A stretch of 62,191 nt of DNA, the filler included, from Sphacelaria rigidula (taxonomy: Eukaryota), in NCBI GenBank assembly GCA_964200075.2. It is 6 parts of 6 records of this genome, joined end to end, with 100 filler letters (N's around TTAATTAATTAA, not from the genome) between each part and the next. Parts side by side here need not be neighbours in the genome. Positions count along the whole stretch, not along the records: positions 51,911 to 62,191 come from CAXNAA020006796.1; 5 more parts are not named here. The stretch is one strand, 5' to 3'. A program made the position numbers and the translations under genes. How positions within the stretch are numbered: the stretch's first letter is position 1; every line of letters starts with the position of its first letter. Of the stretch, positions 62,161 through 62,191 are shown piece by piece. A model generated the notes under the pieces. The model did no database searches. It was not told where the DNA came from and saw nothing but the letters and a program-made list of their open reading frames with translations.

Positions 62161-62191
62161 ACGAGGGGGGTGGGGGGGGGGGTCCTCTTTT

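Overview
This is eukaryotic, repeat-rich DNA, and it is not one locus. It is six size-sorted contigs (10283, 10282, 10282, 10282, 10281 and 10281 bp) joined by 100-bp N44-TTAATTAATTAA-N44 linkers, so neighbourhood across a linker means nothing. Short exons in long TE-filled introns and the style of the retroelements suggest a brown alga or other stramenopile (inference only). Host-gene pieces: three spliced exons of an ABCG/PDR transporter, a two-exon ZU5-domain protein with an HFS motif, an exon with an RVxF-type PP1-docking signature, and two weak low-complexity exon candidates. Much of the rest is mobile DNA: a decayed chromodomain Ty3/Gypsy element with an inverted gag segment, a 5'-truncated LINE family that lands in poly(C) tracts, two tRNA-derived SINE families, and many non-autonomous TIR elements (hAT, Tc1/mariner-like, Harbinger-like, Sola2-like, P-like). 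The most unusual items are (i) a 1.6-kb TIR element built from about 26 phased 42-bp units with conserved palindromic cores and variable spacers, (ii) the poly(C)-targeting LINE, whose last ~60 nt also occur as free monomers and as a tail-to-tail hairpin, and (iii) a foldback element whose arms are tRNA-like. No CRISPR-Cas system, rRNA or intact tRNA gene was found.
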